Positions 1 through 9,944 of a stretch of DNA of 64,000 nt are shown here, piece by piece. Position 1 is the first letter of the stretch; each line of letters begins with the position of its first letter. Origin of the DNA: Octopus sinensis. Taxonomy: Eukaryota. The position numbers and the translations under genes were made by a program. The stretch covers positions 38,006,001 through 38,070,000 of the forward strand of contig NC_042998.1 in the NCBI RefSeq assembly GCF_006345805.1, written 5' to 3'. Under the pieces are notes generated by a model. That model was given only the letters and a program-made list of their open reading frames with translations, had not been told where the DNA came from and ran no database searches.

Positions 1-146
1 AATTCCAGCCTTGTCGTTGATTTTCCTGCAGTCGTCCACTTGAAGTTCTTCGACAACTTCCGGATGACTACTGGAAATGTAAACAAGGAATATCATGCTT
101 TAATGCCGAGTGACGTTCTTCGATAGAACGCAAGAAGTAACAACAG

Positions 147-350
<204 letters not shown>

Positions 351-744
351 ATACTATTCGGCATATGTGAGCTCTAAACAGAGCAGTAATTTAATTCCTG
401 CTGCATTCGCTTTAAAAACGTGGGTTGATGTTTACGGATCTCATTGAGCAGTTTCTTGACAACGTTGACGTCACACATCACGATAATATAAATAGGTGAT
501 ACTGTAATCTAAATACTACAGTATTATCACCTTTTGCATTCATCTATTATTAGATTAATGTCAATGCAAGAGGAAACGCCCGCACGTATATACATGCTTA
601 AATACTGACGGTCAGAAATCACACAGACAGAAATTGATTTATCCAGACACATTAGTCCGCTGGAGACAATATATAAACAAACGCAAATGAGGAATAATCA
701 AAATTTTACGTAACATCTACACACTCATACGCATTTAACATCAA

Positions 745-801
<57 letters not shown>

Positions 802-854
802 CATTATTATTATTATTATTTTTATTATTATTATTATTATTAAAATTATTATTA

Positions 855-888
<34 letters not shown>

Positions 889-920
889 CATTATTATCAT
901 TATTATTATTATTATTATGA

Positions 921-1011
<91 letters not shown>

Positions 1012-1040
1012 CATTATTGTTATTGTTGTTGTGGTTGTTG
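745..1040. repeat. (ATT)n microsatellite
   Basis: About 290 bp, imperfect. Confidence 0.95.
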
Positions 1041-1057
1041 TTGCTTTCATTCGAATG

Positions 1058-1439
1058 TGGCAAGCTGGCAGAATCGCTAGCACGCCGGGCGAAATGCTTT
1101 GTGGTATTTCGTCCGCCGCTGCGTTCTGAGTTCAAATTCCGCCGAGGTCGACTTTGCCTTTCATCCTTTCGGGCTCGATTAAATAAGTACCAGTTACGCA
1201 CTGGAGTTGATATAATCGACTTAATCCATTTGTCTGTCCTTGTTTGTCCTCTCTGTGTTTAGCCCCTTGTGGGTAGTAAAGAAATAGGTATTTCGTCTGC
1301 TGCTACGTTCTGAGTTCAGATTCCGCTGTGGTCGATTTTGCCTTTCGTCCTTTCGGGATCGATGAATTTATTACCAGTTACCCACTGATAATTGACTTAT
1401 CTCCACCCCAAAAAATTTAGCTTTGTGCCTATACTAGGA

Positions 1440-1440
<1 letters not shown>
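1058..1440 (+). mobile_element. tRNA-derived SINE family A, dimeric form
   Basis: A-box TGGCAGAATCG, B-box GAGTTCAAAT, core CCTTTCATCCTTTCGGG..GATAAA..AAGTACCAG, tail module, then a restart at GGTATTTCGTCTG. Confidence 0.85.
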
Positions 1441-1493
<53 letters not shown>

Positions 1494-1494
1494 C

Positions 1495-1677
1495 GGTACC
1501 AGCTGTTCACTACCGGTTAACTAAAGTAACACCCCTCACTTTTCCAGCGCCTTCCGGAGTATTCGAGCGATTCCAAGCAGTGCTGTTTTCTGCAAGTGCT
1601 CCAACCGTTATTGCTGCCTCTATTTCTTTCAGGTACTTCTCAAGATTTTTACTCACAGTTTCCAGGTCTCCGACAGT
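1495..1677 (-). mobile_element. RLE non-LTR 3'-end fragment, family C
   Basis: With a 1-nt frameshift repaired it reads ...VGDLETVSKNLEKYLKEIEAAITVEHLQKTALLGIARILRKALEK*. 3'UTR GGGGTGTTACTTTAGTT... then an (AAT)n tail. Confidence 0.8.
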
Positions 1678-1682
1678 AAATA

Positions 1683-1741
<59 letters not shown>

Positions 1742-1763
1742 GAGCAACAAAAAGAGAACAAAA

Positions 1764-3506
1764 ATGCTCCGCAAATATAACATCACAGAAAAAGATTTGC
1801 CGGAGATAAAAGAAAAGCTGAAGCAAGATATCCTTGCCAAAGCTCAAAGGATCCGCCGGTACAAGAAACGCCAACGCTTCTTTGAACAGAACAAAAAGTT
1901 CAACTCCGACCCCAAAAAGTTCTACCAAGAACTGGGCAAAAATAAAATAGAAGTCACTGCAGCACCAACGGCAGAAGAATTGGAAGAATTCTGGAAAGAA
2001 ATATGGTCGGCGAACGAACAGCCAAAAAAAAGGAGTATGAAAATAACAAACCCGGCATCTGAACAACTTTGGACCCCCATAACAACTGAAGAGGTCACCC
2101 AGGCACTGCAAAAACTAAGCAACTGGAAGGCACCTGGGCATGACAAGATCCCCAACTTCTGGTTGAAATATCTAACAGGAATGCACAAAAAGCTGGCTGA
2201 AAACTTTAACAGCATACTAGCAGAGCCAGAGACAATGCCTGAATGGCTCACGAAGGGGAAAACCATCTTAATTCCCAAATCAAATGAAACAACAAAACCA
2301 GAAAACTACAGACCAATAACCTGCCTCCCTACTATGTTCAAGGCATTTACTGCAGTGATATCGCAAAGGCTGAACAAGCACCTGGACGAAAACAAACTGT
2401 TCCCAGAAGAGCAGAAAGGATGCCGCAAGGGCTCATATGGCTGTAAAGATCAACTAATGATTAATAAAGCCGTAACTGAAGACAGCCACAGAAAGAAGAA
2501 AGGACTCAGTATGGCCTGGATTGACTACAAAAAGGCGTTTGATAGCATCCCCCACACATGGATCCTCGAAACACTAGCCATTAACAAAGTAGCACCAACA
2601 ATCATAAAATTCATAGAGCACTCTATGAATAAATGGCAAACAGTCCTACACCTCCAAACAAAAGAGGGACTCATGAAAACCAAAGACATCCCCATTAGAA
2701 GAGGAATATTCCAGGGAGACACGCTCTCTCCACTCCTTTTCTGCTTGGCACTGTCACCTCTATCTGATATGCTAAATAGAACTGGATGCGGATATAAATG
2801 TTACGGCAAAACGATCAGCCACCTTTTATATATGGATGACCTAAAACTATACGCTGCAAATGACAAACAGCTGGAAACACTATTAAAGACGGTTCATGGA
2901 TTTACCAAAGAAATAGATATGAAATTTGGATTAGAAAAATGTGCCAAATTAACCATGAAAAGAGGAAAACTAGTTAAGAGTAACAACATCAAACTAGATA
3001 AAACCAATGAAATAAAAGAATTAGACCAAAGCCAAACTTACAAATACTTAGGAATCCATGAACTAGATAAGACACAACACACACAAATGAAAGAGAAAAT
3101 AAAAAAAGAATATTATAGACGAGTTAGATCAATACTAAAAACAGAGCTCAATGCTAAAAACAAGATAATAGGTATCAACACTTTAGCTGTCCCAGTTATA
3201 AGTTACAGCTACAATATCCTTAACTGGACACGAAATGAACTGTCCAAAATAGATAGGAAAACAAGAAAAATACTGACAGGATCTAGGATGCATCACCCAA
3301 AATCTGACATAGAAAGACTATATATACAACATATAGAAGGTGGTAGAGGCCTTATACAGCTGGAAAACTACTATAAAATAACCACCATAGGACTGCAAAA
3401 ATACCTACTTCAGAAGGAAGGAAAACTGATCCAGATAGCAGCAAAACACGAACAAAACAAAAAACTGTTCTCAGTATTTAAGGAAGCTGACAAATACAAA
3501 CAATAA
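1764..3506 (+). CDS. Reverse transcriptase region of family A element (ends at in-frame TAA 3504-3506)
   Basis: Non-LTR RT motifs YRPITCLPTMFK, EQKG, WIDYKKAFDSIPH, GIFQGDTLSPLLF, YMDD (2829-2840), YKYLG. The ATG at 1764 is not the native start: the element is truncated and copy 2 has ATA here. Confidence 0.9.
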   Translation: MLRKYNITEKDLPEIKEKLKQDILAKAQRIRRYKKRQRFFEQNKKFNSDPKKFYQELGKNKIEVTAAPTAEELEEFWKEIWSANEQPKKRSMKITNPASEQLWTPITTEEVTQALQKLSNWKAPGHDKIPNFWLKYLTGMHKKLAENFNSILAEPETMPEWLTKGKTILIPKSNETTKPENYRPITCLPTMFKAFTAVISQRLNKHLDENKLFPEEQKGCRKGSYGCKDQLMINKAVTEDSHRKKKGLSMAWIDYKKAFDSIPHTWILETLAINKVAPTIIKFIEHSMNKWQTVLHLQTKEGLMKTKDIPIRRGIFQGDTLSPLLFCLALSPLSDMLNRTGCGYKCYGKTISHLLYMDDLKLYAANDKQLETLLKTVHGFTKEIDMKFGLEKCAKLTMKRGKLVKSNNIKLDKTNEIKELDQSQTYKYLGIHELDKTQHTQMKEKIKKEYYRRVRSILKTELNAKNKIIGINTLAVPVISYSYNILNWTRNELSKIDRKTRKILTGSRMHHPKSDIERLYIQHIEGGRGLIQLENYYKITTIGLQKYLLQKEGKLIQIAAKHEQNKKLFSVFKEADKYKQ

Positions 3507-3575
3507 ATCATACCACCTAATAAACACAAAGAAGAAGAAGAAGATGATGAAGAAACAACAAAAGCTATAAAACAA

Positions 3576-4391
3576 ATGAAATCCAAACTAAAAATAGAAC
3601 AGCAACGAGCCATGATAAAACGATGGCAAGAAAAACCCCTTCATGGTAAATACTGCACTAAACTAAACGCAAAAGAAATAGACAAAGAAAAATCCCAGCA
3701 ATGGTTGAGAAGCTCAGGACTCAAAGCAGAAACAGAGGGATTTTTAATTGCAGCACAAGACCAAAGCCTCCCCACCAGAAATTATCAAAAACATGTAATG
3801 AAAAGAAATATTACAAGTAACTGCAGAATATGTGGAGATGGACAAGAAACAATAAATCATATTATCTCTAGCTGCCCAGTCCTGGCTAAGAAGGAATATA
3901 TTCACAGACATGACAGAGTTGGAACCTACATACATTGGATGCTATGCCAACTTTATGGAATAACAACAGAAAAAAGATGGTATAGGCACACACCAGAAAA
4001 GGTCACAGAAAACGAGAAAGCAACCATACTCTGGGATATGCCGATACACACAGATAGAGAAATTAAGGCCAACAGACCAGATATAGTTGTCAGAGATCAT
4101 GAAGAAAAAAAATGCTTTCTAATTGATGTATCAATACCGGCAGATGACAACGTGTCTCTAAAAGAAATGGAGAAACTCTCAAAATACAAAGACCTGGAAA
4201 TAGAGGTAACTAGAATGTGGAACCTGAAAACAGAAACAATTCCTATCATAGTAGGTGCATTAGGCATGATAAAAAAATATTCAGACAAATACATAACAAA
4301 AACACCAGGACTTACAAACACATATAACATACAGAAAATTGCACTACTAGACACTGCACACATCCTACGCAGAACACTTTCCATACAATAA
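3576..4391 (+). CDS. CCHC zinc knuckle + restriction-like (PD-D/ExK) endonuclease region of family A element
   Basis: LHGKY, AAQDQ, CRICG...ETINHIISSC, RHD, ILWD, NRPDIV, IDVSIP, KLSKYKDL, IIVGALG. Same frame as the upstream RT ORF, with 23 open codons between the TAA and the ATG. Confidence 0.9.
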   Translation: MKSKLKIEQQRAMIKRWQEKPLHGKYCTKLNAKEIDKEKSQQWLRSSGLKAETEGFLIAAQDQSLPTRNYQKHVMKRNITSNCRICGDGQETINHIISSCPVLAKKEYIHRHDRVGTYIHWMLCQLYGITTEKRWYRHTPEKVTENEKATILWDMPIHTDREIKANRPDIVVRDHEEKKCFLIDVSIPADDNVSLKEMEKLSKYKDLEIEVTRMWNLKTETIPIIVGALGMIKKYSDKYITKTPGLTNTYNIQKIALLDTAHILRRTLSIQ

Positions 4392-4485
4392 CCATCAGAG
4401 CATCACAACAAATCACAGCACATACCCAAGGCACACAGAGCTGCGCTCGGTAGTGAAGTGAAAGCACGCTATAAAAATAAAACTA

Positions 4486-4700
<215 letters not shown>

Positions 4701-5031
4701 GAGTGAGCGAGCAGAGCATGCCATCAAAGTGACACTGGGGTAAAATATACGAAGCCCAGTATACCCATCATGACTACCCGTCTGATAAGGGTACACCAGG
4801 CACATGCATCACAACCATATGTGCGCGACATGGTGATCTCATATCAAGATAAACAGCACATGACCTTGCAGGTGGAGCCCAGTTAGAATTTTCTTCAGAC
4901 CGAGTAACCATTTTCTTCAGATCGAGTAACCATTTTCTTCAGATCGAGTAACCATTTTCTTCAGATCGAGTAACCAATTTTCTTCAGATCGAGTAACCAT
5001 TTTCTTCAGATCGAGTAACCATTTTCTTCAG
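4701..5031 (-). mobile_element. Family E copy, 5'-truncated, ending in a 22-bp tandem array
   Basis: 4701-4900 matches 15561-15760, then six TTTTCTTCAGATCGAGTAACCA units. (ATT)n flanks. Confidence 0.75.
4889..5031. repeat. 22-bp minisatellite x6.5
   Basis: Units at 4889, 4911, 4933, 4955, 4978 and 5000, plus a partial unit at 5022. Confidence 0.95.
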
Positions 5032-5039
5032 GATTATCA

Positions 5040-5086
<47 letters not shown>

Positions 5087-5091
5087 ATTTT

Positions 5092-5658
5092 CTTTGCCTC
5101 CTGGCGCTGGCAGAAGGGGTTGTCTGGAGGACGAGGCTGAAAGGTATGAGGACAGAGCTTTTCCTCTTTGGTTGAGCCCTCATCGACTTTTCCAAGTTTC
5201 ACTGGAAGGGTGAGGGAAGTTGCGGGGTGTGAGGGGTGCTGCCTTCAAGTGTGAAAGTTGCAACGATGGCAAGAGTGGATGGTACCGCTCTAAGTATAGA
5301 CCTGTGAATCGGATAACAGGAACTGAAGGGGACACCTGCCCTTGGTGTTCAGGATAATCTTGAACGGTGGGATGCAAGAATATCGCAAGAGGTCTCCTAT
5401 TCAGGACGGTCACACCACCATTATTATCGCCCCTTTATTCTTTTATTTTCATGTTTATTTTTTTACTTATTTTATCTTATTTTTCCTATTCTATACTATG
5501 TAATTTTCCTTTTTCTGTCTTATAGCATATTGTGTATACTTTCAATATATTTCCATATACTTTAATCCCATCATTCCATTATATGTAAACCCCAACACTT
5601 GATGTCTGTCTTTCTTTTGTCCCCCTCATCCTTTGCCTTGAAGGCAAATAAAAGAAAT
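5092..5658 (+). mobile_element. Tx1/L1-clade LINE 3' end (degenerate)
   Basis: LCLLALAEGVVWRTRLKG...ALIDFSKFH...MARVDGTALSIDL* (stop 5305-5307) is homologous to 32170-32300. T-rich 3'UTR ending AATAAAAGAAAT, then (CAT)n. Clade assignment is from recalled similarity. Confidence 0.55.
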
Positions 5659-5723
5659 CATCATCATCATCATCATCATCAACATCATCATCATCATCAT
5701 AATCATCGTTATCACCATCATCG

Positions 5724-5763
<40 letters not shown>

Positions 5764-5780
5764 TACTAGAAGTAGTAGTG

Positions 5781-5826
<46 letters not shown>

Positions 5827-5922
5827 AGTAGCAGCAGCAGCAGCAGCAGCAGGAGTAACATTACTACTACTACTAATAATAATAATAATGATGATAATTA
5901 TTATTATTTTTACCCTAGCCTG

Positions 5923-6144
5923 AGGCGACGGGCTGGCAGAATTGTTAGCACGCCGGACGAAATGCTGATAAGCATTTCATCCGTCCCTACGTTCTGAGTA
6001 TAAAATTCTGCCGAGGTCAACTTTGCTGTTTTGATCCTTTCGGGGTTGATAAATTAAGTACCAATTGAGTACTGGGGTCGATGTAATCGACTGGTCCCCT
6101 CCTCCACCGAATTTTAGGCCTTGTGCCTATAGTAGAAAGGATTA
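5923..6144 (+). mobile_element. SINE family A
   Basis: Head GGCGACGGGCTGGCAGAATTGTTAGCACG plus core. Confidence 0.8.
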
Positions 6145-6145
6145 T

Positions 6146-6357
6146 TTCCACTCTAGGCACCAGACCTTCGAAATGTTTTGGGGAAGAGTGTTAGTTAATT
6201 ACATCGACTCCAGTGCGTAACTGGTACTTATTTAATCGACCCCAAAAGCATGAAAGGCAACGTCGACCTCGGCGGAATTTGAACTCAGAACGTAGCGGCA
6301 GATGAAATACCGCTAAGTGTTTTGCTCGGCATACCAACGATACTGCCAGCTCGCCGT
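6146..6357 (-). mobile_element. SINE family A (tail-to-tail with the previous copy)
   Basis: Reverse complement of head and core, ending CTGCCAGCTCGCC. Confidence 0.8.
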
Positions 6358-6359
6358 TC

Positions 6360-6425
<66 letters not shown>

Positions 6426-6439
6426 TTATAATAATTATA

Positions 6440-6542
6440 ATCCTTTCTACTGGATGCACAAGGCCTCAAATTTGGTGGGAGGGGACGAGTCGATTCCATC
6501 GACCCCAGTACACAACAGGTACTTAATTTATCGATCCCGAAA
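6440..6542 (-). mobile_element. SINE family A 3' fragment
   Basis: CACAAGGCC...GTCGATTCCATCGACCCCAGT...GGTACTTAATTTATCGA. Confidence 0.7.
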
Positions 6543-6556
6543 GAATAATAATGAAA

Positions 6557-6654
<98 letters not shown>

Positions 6655-6729
6655 CATTATTATATATGTATGTGTATGCGTATGTGTGTGTGTGCGTTTG
6701 TGTTTGTGCGTGTGTATACATAGAGAATA

Positions 6730-7290
6730 GGAAGCCGGACATAGTCTTAATTGAGCTCCATAAGTCATTAAACCACAGACACTGGAGGAATGCATACGGG
6801 ACGGTTTTGTTGCTCTGCGCACATTTCAGACAGGTCCGTGTGAAAGCACTTCTGCGTTTGTAAAGCTTGTCTCGAACCAACAGAGACCACCCACCCACCC
6901 CGTTAGCACTGCCAGGCTAGAGATTTCTGGAAGTTATCCATAAGCCCCGACCCGAAAGTCCTCTGGAAAGACCAGTTAACTGACCCTTCCTGACGCCCAG
7001 TGTTTCCCCAAGGACGTCATTGCACTTCCCAACTACTAATTTCCTATAGAACTCCACAGTGGGACTTCCATCGACCGCGTTACCTGCACCCTTTCTTGGC
7101 TCCCGCTTGATCCAGGACTGTAGCTCCATCAATAGGATGAGTTGCGGAAAATCTTGCGTGACAATCGGAGACAACATCTGCTCACCGTTAAGAAAACTTT
7201 GGAGATGGCGCAGCCTCAGCGCATGTCTGCGCATGATTAGCCACGGCATGCCCAGTCCTGCACTCAGCGGCTGTTGAAAGCAAATGAACA
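6730..7290 (-). mobile_element. Tx1/L1-clade LINE fragment (post-RT region with C-terminal CCHC remnant)
   Basis: QQPLSAGLGMPWLIMRRHALRLRHL...ELQSWIKR, then LVRDKLYK...CLKCAQSNKTVPYAFLQC (C-x2-C zinc knuckle remnant). ELQSWIKR recurs at 31891. Confidence 0.65.
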
Positions 7291-7439
7291 CATCCCTTCC
7301 ACAAAAAAGCGGTGGGAAAGCACTTGAAGTTGCTCAGTCACGAAGGGGGGCCCGGGACGACGTTTGAGCAATAGTAGGTGACAGAAGCGATCTATGCATT
7401 CGCCACCTCCGTCCGACCCTACAGGAACAGCTATCTCTG

Positions 7440-8830
7440 TCCATTTCTAGGCCAAAGAGACGCATTGCCTACATTGGCCAACCATTGAAATAAACACACC
7501 AGATTGTTGGTTAACAAAGTCATATGAAAGAAAAAAAGGACAAAATAAAATGAAAAAAGTGAAAAAAAAGAAAAATGGAAAAAAAAGAAAAAGAAAAAGA
7601 AAAGAGACTACAAAAAAGAAAAAAAAAGAAAATAGAGAAGAAAAATTTTCCAGTGACAATACTTTTCTCAATACCTGCGGCGTATTAATTAAAACAAACT
7701 TTTGCACTTCTTGTATAGATGGTAAGCCAGGGTTCATTCTCAAATGATTTTCACTTCCTTCTTTGATCATTCCAAATGTTCCTCTAATCACTGGTATTGT
7801 AACCGGCTTGAGATGCTACATCCTTTCGATTACAATGACTTGTCAACTGTCCTAAGCTTGTCAAGTTCTTTTGCCGAGATATTATGATCACAAGAAATGC
7901 TCAGCAATTAACAAACTTTATTGTTTTGGTCTTTCACCACAATATCCGGTTTATTGCCTCTGGTGAATCTCTTTGTATGTACTGGAGATTCCCAAAGAAT
8001 CGGTACATTCTCTTTTGTCACCAGTTCTGTTTTTATAATAGTGACATATTAACCAGTGTAGATATTGGCCAACTCAATACTGAGTACTCCTTTTTCCCTC
8101 ATGTTGTTTTAGTAGTTTCGTGTCAATAATCTTTGATCTTGAGCAGCTAAGATGAAGTCTTCGCTCTCTACTTTTAGCTCTGAGCTCCATAGCCTCTGAT
8201 GGGTGTGCTTCTGGTCAACATCGGCTTCTTCTCTACGAGCCACATATTTGCCATGCAGAAGTTTTTGTTCCCGCCTATCACCCAATTGTTCATACGCTTT
8301 ACTCCTTGTCATTGATTTCTCCTTCTTTGCAACATTTGCTGCACTTCCATCATACCATTCAGACTGGGTGGTATGTATGAACACAGTAACAAATTTTTCT
8401 ACTTTTCGTCATGACAGAATGAGGCTTCTTACGCCTGTCGGGTTTTTCAATGAATTTTGACATCCATTCTTTATATGTTTCAAGATATTTGGCAAGTCCA
8501 ATTGTGATGGTTTTATAAGAGCTTTCAAATTAGAGGAGGCCTCGACTTCATTAAGCTCCGTGAAGGTAAAGACGATCCGCGTCTGCCTTTAGGTGATGCA
8601 TCTTATTGCAAGTTAGCAGCTTAGGTATGTTCCTGTCAATGTTCTTTATTTCATTGATTTTGTAGTTCAACACACGGAGGCTATAACTAACAACTGCGAC
8701 TGCTGAGGAATTTATGGCTAACACCTTGTTATATGCATTTAGCTCAGATTTCAGGACGGCTCGAACCCTCCCGTAACATTCCTTCCTAGTTTTCTCTTTC
8801 GTGATTGCATGCTGAATGTCAAAGCCTTAA
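7440..8830 (-). mobile_element. Degenerate 5'-truncated RLE non-LTR element, family B
   Basis: Minus strand gives remnants RVRAVLKSELNAYNKVLAINS, MHHLKADADRLY, LLHGKY, ILAAQDQRLLTRNY and PGLPSIQEVQKFVLINTPQVLRKVLSL, plus a partial 3'UTR near 7440-7500. Confidence 0.8.
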
Positions 8831-8844
8831 TTTATTCCTGTTGT

Positions 8845-9500
8845 TAGTTCTTCTTCCGATTTAGTTCCATTTCTTGGCAAATGGCTTCCCGAGTGTCTTC
8901 CCAGGGCAAAGATACTCACTGCATAAATGTTAGCCCATCAGATAATTATTTCTTTGTTACCCACAGGGGGATAAACATAGAGGGGACAAACAAGGACAGG
9001 CAAAGGGATTAAGTCGATTACATCGACCGCAGTGCATAAACGGTTCTTATTTAATCGACTCCGAAAGGATGAAAGGCAAAGTCTACCTCGGCGGAGTTTG
9101 AACTCAGAACAGGGCGGCAGACGAAATACCTATTTCTTTACTGCCCACAAGGGGCTACACACAGAGGGGACAAGCAAGGAAAGACAAACGGATTAAGTCG
9201 ATTACATCGACCCCAGTGCGTAACTGGTACTTAATTTATCGACCCCGAAAGGATGAAAGGCAAAGTCGACCTCGGCGGAGTTTGAACTCAGAACGTAACG
9301 GCAGACAAAATACCGCTGAACATTTCGCCCGGCGTGCAAACATTTCTGCCAGCTCGCCGCATGAATGGTAATCCAGGGTTCATTCTCAACTAAGTTTTAG
9401 TTCCTTTACTGATTATTTCAAGGGCTCCCACAATCACTGGTTTTGTAACCGTCTTGAGAGTAGCAGGTTGGTGAATAGAACAAATTCTACCGGTCTGAAA
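8845..9500 (-). mobile_element. Family B 3' fragment interrupted by a SINE
   Basis: 3'UTR motif CCGAGTGTCTTCCC...AGGGCAAAGA at ~8889-8912. The coding remnant LKTVTKPVIVGAL...PGLP resumes at 9362-9460 after the SINE. Confidence 0.65.
8947..9360 (-). mobile_element. SINE family A, dimeric form, inserted in a family B LINE
   Basis: Two core plus tail-module units and one head. Confidence 0.85.
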
Positions 9501-9582
9501 AATACATTTGACAGATTGTAAAGAGATCAGCAGTGGACATTCCTGTGCGATAAGGAGACAAAAGAGGCCTCACACTCTTCTT

Positions 9583-9675
<93 letters not shown>

Positions 9676-9812
9676 TATTGTCTTTGCACAGCTTCTAACG
9701 CTGGAAATGTAGAACGCTGTCAGCTGTTCACTGAACTTAGTGAACTAAGGTAACACCCCTTATTTTTCGAACACTATCCGGAGTATTCGAGCGGTTCCAA
9801 GCAGTGGAATTG
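9676..9812 (-). mobile_element. RLE non-LTR 3'-end fragment, family C (second copy)
   Basis: LLGTARILRIVFEK* followed by GGGGTGTTACCTTAGTTCACT...AGTGAACAGCTG, matching the 3'UTR of the 1495-1677 copy. (ATT)n on both sides. Confidence 0.8.
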
Positions 9813-9843
<31 letters not shown>

Positions 9844-9944
9844 CATTATTATTATTATTATTATTATTACTATTACTATTGTTATTGTTGTTGTTGTTGT
9901 TGGTGCTGCTGCTGCTGCTGCTGCTGTTGTTGTTGTTGTTGTTA

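Noticed and set aside
494-533. Small hairpin AGGTGATA...TATCACCT
   Set aside because: Single short imperfect inverted repeat with no context, within chance expectation.
1058-1145. tRNA gene
   Set aside because: The A/B boxes belong to multi-copy SINE heads; no cloverleaf or acceptor stem.
4889-5031. Regular short repeats suggestive of a CRISPR array (also 14830-14897 and 43267-43353)
   Set aside because: Head-to-tail tandem units with no unique spacers, no cas genes, and a eukaryotic context.
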